Assembly: GCA_944393395.1 (NCBI GenBank)
Contig: CALYAB010000002.1
Coordinates: 1-55,760, forward strand
From: an uncultured Clostridia bacterium
Lineage (GTDB): Bacteria; Bacillota; Clostridia; TANB77; CAG-508
Length of the DNA: 55,760 nucleotides
Direction of reading: 5' to 3'
The notes beneath the pieces are model-generated. The model was not told the DNA's origin and did no database searches. It saw nothing but the letters and a program-made list of their open reading frames with translations. A program made the translations under genes and the position numbers. Shown piece after piece: positions 8,730 through 19,485 of the stretch (the first letter of the stretch is position 1; every line of letters begins with the position of its first letter).

Positions 8730-9458
8730 ATGCAAAGAATATTAAGCCATATGAGAAAAGCAATAGAAGAATATAATATGATAGAAGAAGGAGACAAAAT
8801 AGCCATTTGCCTTTCTGGAGGTAAAGACTCTATTACTATGCTAAAAGCTTTCAAAAACTTACAAATTTTTTATCCTAAAAAATTTGAAGTAATTGCTGTA
8901 AGTATAAACCCTGGTTTTGACTTTTTTGATACCGAATTTCTAAATAATATTTGTAAAGAAGTTGATATTCCTCTATATATTGAAAATAGTAATGCAAAAG
9001 AAATTGTATTTGATATAAGAAAAGAAAAAAATCCTTGTTCCTTATGTGCTAATTTACGTAGAGGAGCAATTAATTCTATAGCTATTAGGGAAGGTTGCAA
9101 CAAAATAGCTCTTGGTCATAACCAAGATGATGTTTTAGAAACATTTTTGTTAAACTTATTTTACACTGGAAGTATTAGAACTTTTTCTCCAAAAAGCTAT
9201 ATGGATAGGTCAAAAATAACTTTAATTAGACCTCTTGTCTATACTCCCGAAAAAGAAATAAGAAGATTTGTTAGAAAAAATAATATAACTGTAATGCCTA
9301 AAGTCTGCCCAATGGATGGAACATCAAAAAGAGAAGATATGAAAAATTTGATATTTGATTTAACTAAAAAAATTCCTATGGTAAGAGCTAATTTATTTGG
9401 AGCTATTCAAAGAAATTTAGATGATTGGAAAGTTAAAAAAAATCATGATTTTATTTAA
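8730..9458 (+). CDS. ttcA: PP-loop ATPase, TtcA-like tRNA 2-thiocytidine synthetase family
   Basis: 242 aa. SGGKDS PP-loop, CSLCANLRRG, ALGHNQDD and a C-terminal CP..G motif. AAGGAG SD. Confidence 0.65.
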   Translation: MQRILSHMRKAIEEYNMIEEGDKIAICLSGGKDSITMLKAFKNLQIFYPKKFEVIAVSINPGFDFFDTEFLNNICKEVDIPLYIENSNAKEIVFDIRKEKNPCSLCANLRRGAINSIAIREGCNKIALGHNQDDVLETFLLNLFYTGSIRTFSPKSYMDRSKITLIRPLVYTPEKEIRRFVRKNNITVMPKVCPMDGTSKREDMKNLIFDLTKKIPMVRANLFGAIQRNLDDWKVKKNHDFI

Positions 9459-9470
9459 AATCATGATTTT
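9439..9470. terminator. bidirectional terminator between convergent ttcA-like and pgm genes
   Basis: Two copies of the self-complementary AAAATCATGATTTT (9439-9452, 9457-9470) can pair. Flanked by A-run and T-run. Confidence 0.55.
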
Positions 9471-9492
9471 TTCTTTGTAATCAAATTTATTA

Positions 9493-11217
9493 TTATTTAA
9501 CTATATTTAGCATTGCCTCTTTTAGTTTTTCTAATTTCTCATTTGCATCTTCATTTGTTTTACCTTTTATTCCCATATATAGTTTTATTTTTGGCTCAGT
9601 TCCAGAAGGTCTAACACAGCACCAACTGTCATCTTCCAATTCATAATATAAAACATTTGATTTTGGAAGACCTGTCTTTGTTACTTCTCCTGTTACCATA
9701 TCTTTAACAAAATCTTTTTCTATATCTTTAAATTTTAAAACTTTATATTCACCAATTTTTTCTATTTCTTTATTTCTTGTATTTGTCATCATTTGTTTTA
9801 TTTCTTCTGCACCTTGAGCACCTTCTCTAACAATAGAAACTTGAGTTTCTTTGTAATATCCATATTTTTCATATATATCAATCATTTGATCCCATAAAGT
9901 TTTACCTTTTGATTTATAGTAACATGCTGCTTCACAAAGTGCCATTACAGCAGCAATACCATCTTTATCTCTTGCATAATCTCCTATTAAACAACCATAA
10001 CTTTCTTCAAATCCAAATATATATTCCTTATCTTTATTCTCTTCAGCTTTTCTCATTATAGCGCCAATGTTTTTAAATCCTGTTAATACTTCAATTACTT
10101 CTAATCCATAATTATTTCCTATTGCTTTTGTTAGGTTTGAAGATACTATTGTTGTTATTATCATTCCATTATCTGGTAATATTCCTTTTTCTTTCATTTG
10201 CGAAATTCTATATTCAGCTATTAATAAAGCTGACATATTTCCCGTATAATCCTTATATTCTCCTGTTTTTGTATCTTTTGCATATACACCTAATCTATCT
10301 GCATCTGGATCAGTTGCTAATACAATATCTGCATCTACCTTTTTGGCTAATTCTAATGCTAATTTAAATGCTTTTGGATCTTCAGGATTTGGATAATCTA
10401 CTGTTGGGAAATCTCCATTTGGATCTTTTTGCTCTGGTACAACATATAAATTAGCTATTCCTATTTCTTTTAATAATCTTTCTGCTACCATATTTCCAGT
10501 TCCATGTAATGGAGTATAAACTACTTTAAGGTCTTTCCCTTGTTCTTTTACTATTTCTGGATTTAATATCAAGCTTTTTAGTTTTTCTATGTATTTATCA
10601 TCCATTTCTTTTCCAACAATATTAAGTAATCCTTTAGATTTTGCCTCTTCTTCTGAAATTTCTTTTATTTCTGTAAAACTTTCAACTGCTCTTACTTTTG
10701 CAATAATATCTTTATCTCTTGGAGCTACTATTTGAGATCCATCATCCCAATATACTTTATATCCATTATATTTTGGTGGATTGTGACTTGCTGTTATCAT
10801 TATTCCTGCTGTACATTTTAACTCTCTTACTGCAAAAGATAATTCAGGAACAGGTCTCAAATTTTCGAATAAATATGTTTTTATTCCATTAGCACATAAA
10901 ATCAATGCTGTTTGTAAACTAAACTCTTTAGACATTCTTCTTGAATCATAACTAATTACTACTCCTTTGTCTTGTGTTCCCTCTTCTAATATATAATTAG
11001 CTAAACCTTGTGTTGCCTTTCCTACTGTGTATTTGTTCATTCTATTTGTACCAGCACCAATAACTCCTCTTAATCCTGCTGTACCAAATTCTAACTCTTG
11101 ATAAAATCTGTCTTCTATCTCCTTCTCATCATCTTTTATTGCTAGTAATTCTTTTTTTGTTTCTTCATCAAACTCTGGACTTTCACACCATTTCTTATAC
11201 TCGTCTAAATAATTCAT
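9493..11217 (-). CDS. phosphoglucomutase / alpha-D-phosphohexomutase
   Basis: 574 aa. Active-site TASHNPPKYNGYK, Mg loop DPDADR, GFEESYG sugar-binding motif. Confidence 0.85.
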   Translation of the reverse strand: MNYLDEYKKWCESPEFDEETKKELLAIKDDEKEIEDRFYQELEFGTAGLRGVIGAGTNRMNKYTVGKATQGLANYILEEGTQDKGVVISYDSRRMSKEFSLQTALILCANGIKTYLFENLRPVPELSFAVRELKCTAGIMITASHNPPKYNGYKVYWDDGSQIVAPRDKDIIAKVRAVESFTEIKEISEEEAKSKGLLNIVGKEMDDKYIEKLKSLILNPEIVKEQGKDLKVVYTPLHGTGNMVAERLLKEIGIANLYVVPEQKDPNGDFPTVDYPNPEDPKAFKLALELAKKVDADIVLATDPDADRLGVYAKDTKTGEYKDYTGNMSALLIAEYRISQMKEKGILPDNGMIITTIVSSNLTKAIGNNYGLEVIEVLTGFKNIGAIMRKAEENKDKEYIFGFEESYGCLIGDYARDKDGIAAVMALCEAACYYKSKGKTLWDQMIDIYEKYGYYKETQVSIVREGAQGAEEIKQMMTNTRNKEIEKIGEYKVLKFKDIEKDFVKDMVTGEVTKTGLPKSNVLYYELEDDSWCCVRPSGTEPKIKLYMGIKGKTNEDANEKLEKLKEAMLNIVK

Positions 11218-11272
11218 TTTAAAACCTCCTCTATTAATTTAATTATTAACAAATTTAAGCTCTAATTTATTA

Positions 11273-12529
11273 TTATAATTTATAAAATTTCTTATATAAT
11301 TCTCTTGCAGTCTTAGGGCAATCCACACCTGCTGAATCATTATTTTTTACTGGTGCAAATTCTTCCTCTCTTTTTACTCTTAAAATTGCCATATCATCAA
11401 CTTCTCCAAAAGAATCAAATAAAAATGCTTCAAATTTATATGCATTTGGAGAATCTGGCTCTACTAAATTTCCATCTTTATCAATATATTTTGCTTTTTT
11501 AAATGCAACATGATATGGTAATGGTTCTGCTCCCATTCTCTCTATAGCATCAATACTAAATAAATTACACAAAATATGTGATTCACCATATAATAACTCT
11601 CCGTTTTCATCTGTTGCTTCTGCCATTTCATCTGTTATCTCGGAATATTCTATAACATTTGGTTTTCCATTTCTTTTACAAAATACTCCAACATTTTCGT
11701 GAGGATTAGCTTTTACTACAGATTTACAAGCAACAGTTACTCCTTTGTCAATTGCAATTCCCATAAGCACAGGATCAACCATTTTTACTAAACAATTATC
11801 TACTCCACCTATAAATACCCATTCTACACCTAATTCTCTCATTTTTTTAGTCATGTGTGTTTTTACTAATGATTCATAAATTCCCCCATGACCATCTGCT
11901 GCTAATTTTATTAGCCCATCTTCTCCTATTAATATTTTTCCTTCTGTATCCATCATTGGTAACTCTCCTTGTTGAAAGAAAAATATATTTTTATCTTTTT
12001 GATATCCAAAATATTTATGTTTTTCAAAAAAACTAACTGTCTCTTCATTATTTTCCCTACTTGTCATTATAAACCATGGAATTGTAACTCCATACTTTTT
12101 TCCTTCTTCTTTTAAATTATCACATAATAATTCAAATAATGATTTGTGAGAATCTAATCCAATATCATAAGTTCCTTTTGGCCCATCATGTCCTAATCTA
12201 GTGCCTTGCCCTCCTGCCATTGTTACGGCCGCAAGCTTTCCCTCTTTAATTGCCTTTTTTCCTATTGATTCGTAATATTTATATTTATCATTTAATTTAT
12301 ATTTGTCTAGATAATCTATTGGTGTTATTTCATCAGTATTTTTTTCTTTTTTTTGCTTAGTACTATTATATAAATTATGTATAAGCTCAAAATCAATATT
12401 GTTAATCTGCTCTAATAATTCATTCTTATGCTTTTCATCAAGATTATCAAAATTGTTTAATAGATGCTCTTGACCATATTTTTTTAGTATAGATTTTACA
12501 TCTTCTAATCCTCTTTCCATAATATTCAT
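11273..12529 (-). CDS. UDP-sugar (UDP-GlcNAc/UDP-Glc) pyrophosphorylase, UDPGP family
   Basis: 418 aa. MAGGQGTRLG nucleotide-binding loop, PDGHGG-like ADGHGGIY. Confidence 0.7.
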   Translation of the reverse strand: MNIMERGLEDVKSILKKYGQEHLLNNFDNLDEKHKNELLEQINNIDFELIHNLYNSTKQKKEKNTDEITPIDYLDKYKLNDKYKYYESIGKKAIKEGKLAAVTMAGGQGTRLGHDGPKGTYDIGLDSHKSLFELLCDNLKEEGKKYGVTIPWFIMTSRENNEETVSFFEKHKYFGYQKDKNIFFFQQGELPMMDTEGKILIGEDGLIKLAADGHGGIYESLVKTHMTKKMRELGVEWVFIGGVDNCLVKMVDPVLMGIAIDKGVTVACKSVVKANPHENVGVFCKRNGKPNVIEYSEITDEMAEATDENGELLYGESHILCNLFSIDAIERMGAEPLPYHVAFKKAKYIDKDGNLVEPDSPNAYKFEAFLFDSFGEVDDMAILRVKREEEFAPVKNNDSAGVDCPKTARELYKKFYKL

Positions 12530-12623
12530 CCTTTCTTATTTAAACTATCCCTATATTACACCATAAATTTATTTAAGTCAAATACTGGCAGATAATATAT
12601 TATCTGCCATTTTACGTCATCTT

Positions 12624-13094
12624 TTAATTATAAAAATTTACTTCTCTAGAAGTTCCTAATATTTTATCATATCCATCTGCTATTTTTTCTATTTTGTCTT
12701 CTATTTCATAAAATTCATAACAATCTATAATCTTTATTTTGTCATTTGATTCAACCCATTTTTCTATATTTTTATTTACATTTTCTATATAATTTTCTTT
12801 TCCTTTTATAAATATAACTAAATTTGCATTCTCTTTACTCTTTTTACTAATTTCTTTAAATTTTTCTAAATCATCATCTTTCCAATTTAATTTTAAAATT
12901 TTATTTCTTTTTGCATCTTTTAAGTTCATTCTTGATATTAAAGTATTTACTGTATTTTCTAAATTATTTTCTGTTAAAATTATTATTTCTTTGTTTTCAT
13001 CCATACTTTTACTGATATAAGGTAAACTTATCATTTCAAAATGATAATCACTTGCATAAAATGCACAAATTTTTTCTTTTGTTTTATTTTCCAT
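12624..13094 (-). CDS. hypothetical protein
   Basis: Track ORF 12624..13112. AAAGGA SD favours the ATG at 13094 (MENKTKEK...). No motif recognised. Confidence 0.35.
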   Translation of the reverse strand: MENKTKEKICAFYASDYHFEMISLPYISKSMDENKEIIILTENNLENTVNTLISRMNLKDAKRNKILKLNWKDDDLEKFKEISKKSKENANLVIFIKGKENYIENVNKNIEKWVESNDKIKIIDCYEFYEIEDKIEKIADGYDKILGTSREVNFYN

Positions 13095-13304
13095 TAAAAA
13101 CATTCCTTTCAATTTTATATAATTATACGGAAATCAGCATTTCTTAATTTTGTTTACTGGTAAATTTTACCATTTCATTACAAATATGTCAATATTATTT
13201 CAAATAAAATTCATCGTTCTTTTTCGACAATGTATAATTTTTCTTATTTTGTTAATACTTATTTTATAGAATATTTTTCAAAAAAAGTTTATCGGAGGTA
13301 ACTT

Positions 13305-13967
13305 ATGAAAAAAATTTTAAATTTATTGAATAATTCCAAGGTAAAAATGGTAATAATTTTAACTTTCTTATTTTTTATATATACAAGCATTTGTGCAATT
13401 TCTTATGCTAATCAAGTTTCTAATGATATAGCTAATTCTGTATTTAGATTACATGTTATAGCTAACAGTGATAGTAATGAAGACCAAAATTTAAAATATA
13501 TTGTTAGGGACAAGTTGTTAGAATATATGAACGAATTATGTATAAATTGTTCAACTAAAGAAGAAGCTATATCAATTGCACAAAATAACCTTAATAATTT
13601 TAAAGAACTTGCTTTACAAACAATTAGAGAAGAAGGATTTGATTATTCTGTTAATGTAAATATTGGTAATTTTGAATTTCCTACAAAATATTATGGTGAT
13701 ATTTCTCTACCTGCAGGATATTATGATGCTTTAAAAGTAGAAATTGGTGAAGCTAAAGGTCAAAATTGGTGGTGTGTTATGTTTCCTCCTCTTTGTTTTA
13801 CAGACGTAACTTCTGGAGTTGTTCCCGAGGAATCTAAGGAGGATTTAGAAAACACTTTAACAGATGAAGAGTTTTCTATAGTATCTGATAATAGTTTAGA
13901 TATTCAAGTTAAGTTTAAAATATTAGAAATTCTTAATAGTACTGGCTTAATAACTGCTAAAAAATAA
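13305..13967 (+). CDS. spoIIR: stage II sporulation protein R
   Basis: 220 aa with N-terminal signal/TM. FRLHVIANSDSNEDQNLKYIVRDKLL and WWCVMFPPLCF are SpoIIR hallmarks. Confidence 0.85.
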   Translation: MKKILNLLNNSKVKMVIILTFLFFIYTSICAISYANQVSNDIANSVFRLHVIANSDSNEDQNLKYIVRDKLLEYMNELCINCSTKEEAISIAQNNLNNFKELALQTIREEGFDYSVNVNIGNFEFPTKYYGDISLPAGYYDALKVEIGEAKGQNWWCVMFPPLCFTDVTSGVVPEESKEDLENTLTDEEFSIVSDNSLDIQVKFKILEILNSTGLITAKK

Positions 13968-14138
13968 ACTAAAATAGTTGCAATAGTTTCAACTTTATGA
14001 TATATAATATAGTGTTATAGAGTGTTATCATATACGCTCTATTTTTATTACGTAAAAATAGTAAATATAAAAAGAAGATAATTTCATTTAAAATAAACTC
14101 AGCTATAAACGGCTATAAATAATTGGGAGGTAATATAA

Positions 14139-15398
14139 TTGGAAAAATTAATTGTAAAAGGACCTACACCTTTAAAAGGAGAAGTAACAGTAAGTGGAGC
14201 TAAAAATGCAGCAGTTGCTATATTACCAGCCACACTTTTAATAGATGGTGTATGTACTATAGAAAATTTACCAAATATAAGTGATATAAAAATTTCTTGT
14301 ACTATATTAGAAAAATTAGGTGCAAAAATAACTTGGAATACATCTAATAGCATAACAATTGATACAACAAATATAACAACTACTAAAGCACCTTTAGACT
14401 TAACTAGCAAATTTAGAGCATCTTATTATGTAATTGGTGCTATGCTTGGTAGAAAAGGTGAAGTTGAAGTTGGTATGCCTGGAGGTTGTAAATTAGGAGC
14501 TAGGCCTATTGACCAACATATTAAAGGTTTTGAATTATTAGGCGCAAACGTTTCTGTTGAAAAAGGTAAAATATATGCTAAAGCAAAAAAATTAAAAGGC
14601 TGCCCTATCTATATGGATATTGTATCTGTAGGAGCAACAATAAATGTAATGCTTTCAGCAGTATTAGCTAAAGGAACTACTATAATAGATAATGCTGCTA
14701 AAGAACCACATATAGTTGATGTTGCAAACTTTTTAAATACTATGGGAGCAGATATTAGAGGAGCAGGAACTGATGTAATTAAAATTAATGGTGTTGAAAA
14801 ATTACATGGAAATGCTACATATTCAGTTGTGCCTGATCAAATCGAGGCAGGTACATTTATGCTTGCAGCTGTTGCAACTAAAGGTGATTTGCTAATAAAA
14901 AATTGTATTACAAAACATTTAGAATCAATTACAGCAAAAATAGTTGAAATTGGTGGTAATGTTGAAGATAATGGAGATAGTATTAGAGTTTGGTGCAATA
15001 AAAGACCAAATAGAGCAACTATAAAAACTTTACCTTATCCTGGATTTCCTACAGATTTACAACCTCAAATGGGTGTTGTTTTATCTCTTGCAAATGGTAC
15101 AAGCACAATAAATGAAAGTATCTGGGATTCTAGATTTCAATATACAGAAGAATTAAATAAAATGGGAGCAAAAATTACGGCTCAAGGAAAAACAGCTTTT
15201 TTTGAAGGAGTAAAAAAATTATATGGTGCTCCTGTATATTCATCTGATTTAAGAGCTGGGGCTGCTTTAGTTATAGCAGGAACAGCTGCAGAAGGAATAA
15301 CAGAAATATATAACTTGGAACATATTGATAGAGGTTATGAAAACATTGAAGAAAAATTCAGAAGTGTTGGTGCAAACATTAAAAGAGTAAATGAATAA
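14139..15398 (+). CDS. murA: UDP-N-acetylglucosamine 1-carboxyvinyltransferase
   Basis: 419 aa. TTG start after a GGGAGG SD. GAKNAA, the GGCKLGARPID catalytic loop, PYPGFPTDLQ. Confidence 0.9.
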   Translation: MEKLIVKGPTPLKGEVTVSGAKNAAVAILPATLLIDGVCTIENLPNISDIKISCTILEKLGAKITWNTSNSITIDTTNITTTKAPLDLTSKFRASYYVIGAMLGRKGEVEVGMPGGCKLGARPIDQHIKGFELLGANVSVEKGKIYAKAKKLKGCPIYMDIVSVGATINVMLSAVLAKGTTIIDNAAKEPHIVDVANFLNTMGADIRGAGTDVIKINGVEKLHGNATYSVVPDQIEAGTFMLAAVATKGDLLIKNCITKHLESITAKIVEIGGNVEDNGDSIRVWCNKRPNRATIKTLPYPGFPTDLQPQMGVVLSLANGTSTINESIWDSRFQYTEELNKMGAKITAQGKTAFFEGVKKLYGAPVYSSDLRAGAALVIAGTAAEGITEIYNLEHIDRGYENIEEKFRSVGANIKRVNE

Positions 15399-15425
15399 GA
15401 AACAAAGGAAAGAGATAGATTAATT

Positions 15426-16214
15426 ATGTTGAATTTTTGTAGTTTATATAGTGGAAGTAGCGGAAATAGTTTATTTGTTGAAACAAATAATACTAAATTA
15501 TTAATTGATGCAGGTGTTAGTAGTAAAAAAATAGAAAAAGCTTTAAGTGATATAAATATTTCTCCTGATTCTTTAGATGGTATTTTAATAACACATGAAC
15601 ATTCAGACCATGTACAAGGATTAGGAACTTTTTCTAAAAAGTTTGATATTCCTGTTTTTGTCAACCAAGAAACTTTAGACGCTATGCCAAAACAAAGAGA
15701 TAAAATTGCTGATAAAAATATTAAAAAATTTAAAGTTGCAGAAAAATTCTCTATTGGAGATTTAGATATAAATCCATTTTCAATACCTCACGATGCAGCT
15801 AATCCATGTGGATTTACTATTCTTAATGAAAACAAAAAAATAAGTATCGCAACAGATATTGGACATATGACTAATGATATTTTAAAAAATTTAGAAGAAA
15901 GCTCTTTTGTAATGCTTGAATCTAATTATGACCCTGAAGTATTAAAATGTTCTCCATATCCATTTTATTTAAAAACTAGAATAGCTGGACCTTCAGGACA
16001 TTTGTCAAATGAAATGGCTGGAAAAACAATTTCATTTTTATTAAAATCAGGTTTAAAAAAAGCAATGCTTGGACATTTAAGTAAAGAAAGCAATTTCCCA
16101 GAGCTTGCTTATAAAACCGTAATTGATGAATTAATAATGAATAATTATAATGAAAATTCCTTAGCTTTATCTGTTGCTGGAAGAGATGCACATAGTAAAG
16201 TAGTTACTATATAA
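15426..16214 (+). CDS. MBL-fold metallo-hydrolase (YycJ/WalJ-like)
   Basis: 262 aa. HEHSDH metal-binding motif. Length and order resemble YycJ-type proteins. Confidence 0.7.
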   Translation: MLNFCSLYSGSSGNSLFVETNNTKLLIDAGVSSKKIEKALSDINISPDSLDGILITHEHSDHVQGLGTFSKKFDIPVFVNQETLDAMPKQRDKIADKNIKKFKVAEKFSIGDLDINPFSIPHDAANPCGFTILNENKKISIATDIGHMTNDILKNLEESSFVMLESNYDPEVLKCSPYPFYLKTRIAGPSGHLSNEMAGKTISFLLKSGLKKAMLGHLSKESNFPELAYKTVIDELIMNNYNENSLALSVAGRDAHSKVVTI

Positions 16215-16286
16215 TATGTTTTTATATATTAGGAAATAATCATAATTTTTCTAATATATAAACAAAGATTCTTGAAAGGATTTAAA

Positions 16287-16766
16287 ATGTTAAATATAAA
16301 TATAGTATGTATAGGAAAAATAAAAGAAAATTATTTAAAAGATGCAATAAATGAATATTCTAAACGCTTACGCAAATATTGTAAATTAAATATTTTAGAA
16401 TTACCAGATGAAAAAATTCCAGACAAATTAAATGAAAGTATTTCACAAGAAATAAAAGCTAAAGAATCTAATAATATTTTAAACCATATAAAAAAAGATT
16501 CTTATATTATTTGTTTAGATTTAAAAGGTAAGGAATTTTCTTCTGAGGAATTCTCTAAAAATATTGATAATTTATCTTTGCAAACTAGTAATATAACTTT
16601 CGTAATTGGTGGTTCTTTAGGTCTTTCTGATGATATATTAAAAAAAGCTCACCAAAAGATTTGCTTTTCTAAAATGACTTTTCCTCATCAATTAATTCGT
16701 GTTTTTCTTTTAGAACAAATTTTTAGAGGCTTTAAAATATCTCATGGTGAAACTTATCATAGGTAA
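16287..16766 (+). CDS. rlmH: 23S rRNA (pseudouridine1915-N3)-methyltransferase
   Basis: SPOUT fold pattern: MLNINIVCIGKIKE...FVIGGSLGLS...SFSKMTFPHQLIRVFLLEQIFR. ATG at 16287 follows an AAGGA SD. Confidence 0.85.
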   Translation: MLNINIVCIGKIKENYLKDAINEYSKRLRKYCKLNILELPDEKIPDKLNESISQEIKAKESNNILNHIKKDSYIICLDLKGKEFSSEEFSKNIDNLSLQTSNITFVIGGSLGLSDDILKKAHQKICFSKMTFPHQLIRVFLLEQIFRGFKISHGETYHR

Positions 16767-17105
16767 TATTGTTTTATATTTCATATAATGCAAAAATATA
16801 TTTAATTGTAGAGAAAATAACGACGAAAAAAATATTTAAACTATATAGGGGCAAAAATTTTTAAATACTAATTATGGGGGATTTGTTATTTCCTCTACAA
16901 AATTAATAACTTTAATTTTTCTTTTTTACTCGTGAATTTGTTTCAGAATCCAAAAGTTTTTCTAATAATAATTTTATAATCACTCTTCGTACTATAAAAT
17001 ATATTGAAATAAATAATATAATTTTTAATAACATAATAATTAATACCTTTTTTGAATTAACTGTCATAATTATATATTATATGTAAACCTTTGTCAAGAA
17101 AAACT

Positions 17106-17636
17106 TTACGACAAAAAACGACATACAACTACACTAGTAATAATTCCAACAATGTCAGCTGTTAGTGCTGCAATCAAAACAAATCTTGTCTTTTTTATTT
17201 TTACACTTGATGAATATACAGCAATCGTATATAAAGTTGTCTCTGTCGCTCCCATTATTACAGATGCCATCATACCTATTTGACTATCAACCCCAAACTG
17301 TTTCATTATATCTGTTGCTATAGCAATTGAACTGCTACCTGAAATTGGCCTTAAAATAGCAAGAGGCATTATTTCACTTGGAAAATTAATTAAATTTAAT
17401 ATAGGTTCTAAAAAATTTATTACTATATCTATAACACCTGAACTTCTTAATGTACCAACTGCTAAAAAAAGCCCTATTAAGGTAGGAAAAATATTTATTA
17501 TTATCTTTATTCCATCTTTAGCGCCTTCAATAAATACATCAAATATTTCTTTTTTCTCAACTAGTCCATATATCACAATTATCAATATAATCAATGGCAT
17601 TGCTAAATTTGACACAAAATTTATAACCTCTATCAT
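17106..17636 (-). CDS. spmB: spore maturation protein B (nucleoside-recognition domain membrane protein)
   Basis: 176-aa polytopic protein, ATGA-coupled to the upstream spmA-like gene. Confidence 0.75.
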   Translation of the reverse strand: MIEVINFVSNLAMPLIILIIVIYGLVEKKEIFDVFIEGAKDGIKIIINIFPTLIGLFLAVGTLRSSGVIDIVINFLEPILNLINFPSEIMPLAILRPISGSSSIAIATDIMKQFGVDSQIGMMASVIMGATETTLYTIAVYSSSVKIKKTRFVLIAALTADIVGIITSVVVCRFLS

Positions 17637-18226
17637 GTTTTCTTCCCTTTATTTGAATATTTAATCAATATTTTAGTTACGAGAATCCCAGCAGTTGCTG
17701 CACAGATAGTTGCTATCCATACTGGAAAAATAATAGAAGTAGGATTTGCAGACTGTAAAGAACTCCTTATCGCTATTATTGTAGTTGGAATTATTTGAAT
17801 AGATGCCGTATTTAGTACAATTAGCATTATCATTGAATTACTTAATTCTTTTTTATTTCTATTTTCTTTTTGCAAACTTTCCATCGCCTTTAATCCTAAT
17901 GGTGTAGCAGCATTGCCTAAACCTAAAATATTTGCAACCATATTCATTGAAATTTCATTTTGTGCTTTTATATTTTCTTTTATTTCTGGAAAAAGAAATC
18001 TAATTATTGGTTTTAATATTTTGTTTATTTTTTGTATAATACTTGTATTACTTGCAATATTAATAATTCCACTCCATAAACACATAGTTCCTAGCATAGT
18101 TATACTTAAATTTACTGCACTTTCAATACTTTCAAATATACTTGAATTTAAATTTTGAACATTCCCTGAAAAAATTGCATATGAGAATGATATTATTATA
18201 AAAATTGGCCAAACTATATTTAACAA
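17633..18226 (-). CDS. spmA: spore maturation protein A
   Basis: 197-aa polytopic protein with MVANILGLGNAATPLGLKAM (Gate/nucleoside-recognition motif). Paired with spmB. Confidence 0.75.
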   Translation of the reverse strand: MLNIVWPIFIIISFSYAIFSGNVQNLNSSIFESIESAVNLSITMLGTMCLWSGIINIASNTSIIQKINKILKPIIRFLFPEIKENIKAQNEISMNMVANILGLGNAATPLGLKAMESLQKENRNKKELSNSMIMLIVLNTASIQIIPTTIIAIRSSLQSANPTSIIFPVWIATICAATAGILVTKILIKYSNKGKKT

Positions 18227-18351
18227 CTTACATCACCTTGCATAATTTAAATTTTTTATTACTTTTTAATTGACCTAATTCTGTATTTGTGATATATTAA
18301 CATTACGTATAGGATTGTACCGTAAATTAACTTTTTAAGGAGGGATAAAAC

Positions 18352-18606
18352 ATGAAATCAACAGGAATTATTAGAAAAGTAGATGAACTAGGAAGAGTTG
18401 TTATTCCTATCGAAATCAGAAATCAATTTAATATAGCAGAAAAAGATCCTATTGAAATATATGTTGATGGTTCATCAATAATACTAAAAAAATATGAACC
18501 AAATTGTATTTTTTGTGGAAGTACTGAAAATTTAATTAATTATAATGATAAATTAATTTGTGAAGATTGCTCTAAAAAAATAAGTAAAATGAAACCAAGC
18601 AAGTAA
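18352..18606 (+). CDS. abrB: AbrB-family transition-state regulator
   Basis: MKSTGIIRKVDELGRVVIPIEIR SpoVT/AbrB swapped-hairpin N-domain. 84 aa. Confidence 0.85.
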   Translation: MKSTGIIRKVDELGRVVIPIEIRNQFNIAEKDPIEIYVDGSSIILKKYEPNCIFCGSTENLINYNDKLICEDCSKKISKMKPSK

Positions 18607-18627
18607 TCTATTACTTGCTTGGTTTTT
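18592..18627. terminator. bidirectional rho-independent terminator (abrB / rsmI convergent)
   Basis: Perfect 15-bp stem (18592-18606 with 18611-18625), 4-nt loop, followed by a T-run. Confidence 0.8.
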
Positions 18628-18632
18628 ATATT

Positions 18633-19469
18633 TTATAAAAATTTTTGATATATTTCATTTTTATTAACATTTCTATCTTTTGCAATTTGTTTAATAATTT
18701 CTTTTTTATTTAAACCTTTTTGTTTATAATATTCATAATGTTCTTCCAAAGATAACTCTAACAAATCACTTTCTTCTTTCTTTTCCGCTCCTTCAATAAT
18801 TAAAACAATTTCTCCTTTAATAGCTTTTGCCTTTTCCATTAAACTATTTATATCTTCTCTAATATATTCTTCATGAATTTTTGTTAACTCTCTCGCTAGT
18901 ACAATTTTTCTATTTCCTATTATTTCTTTTAAATCTTTTAATGTTTTTTCTAACTTATGAGGAGCCTCATATAATATTATTGTTTTTGTTATATTTTCTA
19001 TTTCTTTTAATTTTTCTTTTCTATTCTTTTTATTTAAAGGTAAAAAACCAATAAAAACAAATTCTTTTGTATCTAAACCTGAGCATATCAAAGCATTAAT
19101 TAAAGCACATGGACCTGGTATTGAAATTACTTTAATATCCTCTTCTATACATTTTTTTATAACCTCCTCCCCTGGATCGCAAATTCCAGGTGTTCCTGCA
19201 TCAGAAACAAGAGCAATATTTTTTCCTTGTTTTAACTCTTTTATTAAAATATCTGTTTTTATGTTTTCATTATGTCTATGGTAACTTATTAATGTTTTAG
19301 ATATATTTAAATGGTTTAATAATTTTAATGTATGTCTTGTATCTTCTGCTGCAATTAAATCTACCTCTTTTAATATATTAATTGCTCTCAAAGTTATATC
19401 TTCCAAATTTCCTATAGGTGTTGCAACTACATATAATGCTCCTATATCTTCTTGATTTATTTTTTCCAT
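18633..19469 (-). CDS. rsmI: 16S rRNA (cytidine1402-2'-O)-methyltransferase
   Basis: 278 aa. LYVVATPIGNLEDITLRA, AEDTRHT, SDAGTPGICDPG are tetrapyrrole-methylase-fold RsmI motifs. Confidence 0.85.
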   Translation of the reverse strand: MEKINQEDIGALYVVATPIGNLEDITLRAINILKEVDLIAAEDTRHTLKLLNHLNISKTLISYHRHNENIKTDILIKELKQGKNIALVSDAGTPGICDPGEEVIKKCIEEDIKVISIPGPCALINALICSGLDTKEFVFIGFLPLNKKNRKEKLKEIENITKTIILYEAPHKLEKTLKDLKEIIGNRKIVLARELTKIHEEYIREDINSLMEKAKAIKGEIVLIIEGAEKKEESDLLELSLEEHYEYYKQKGLNKKEIIKQIAKDRNVNKNEIYQKFL

Positions 19470-19485
19470 TACTTATCATTCCTTT

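Noticed and set aside
13200-13304. A forespore sigma-F-type promoter upstream of spoIIR (GTATA...N16-17...TAATACTTA).
   Set aside because: The match to the consensus is too loose to call from sequence alone.
18352-18606. C-terminal CxxC...CxxC (CIFCGS...CEDCSKK) on AbrB as an unusual zinc-ribbon fusion.
   Set aside because: As far as I recall, clostridial AbrB homologs commonly carry similar Cys pairs. It is probably a lineage feature rather than a novelty.
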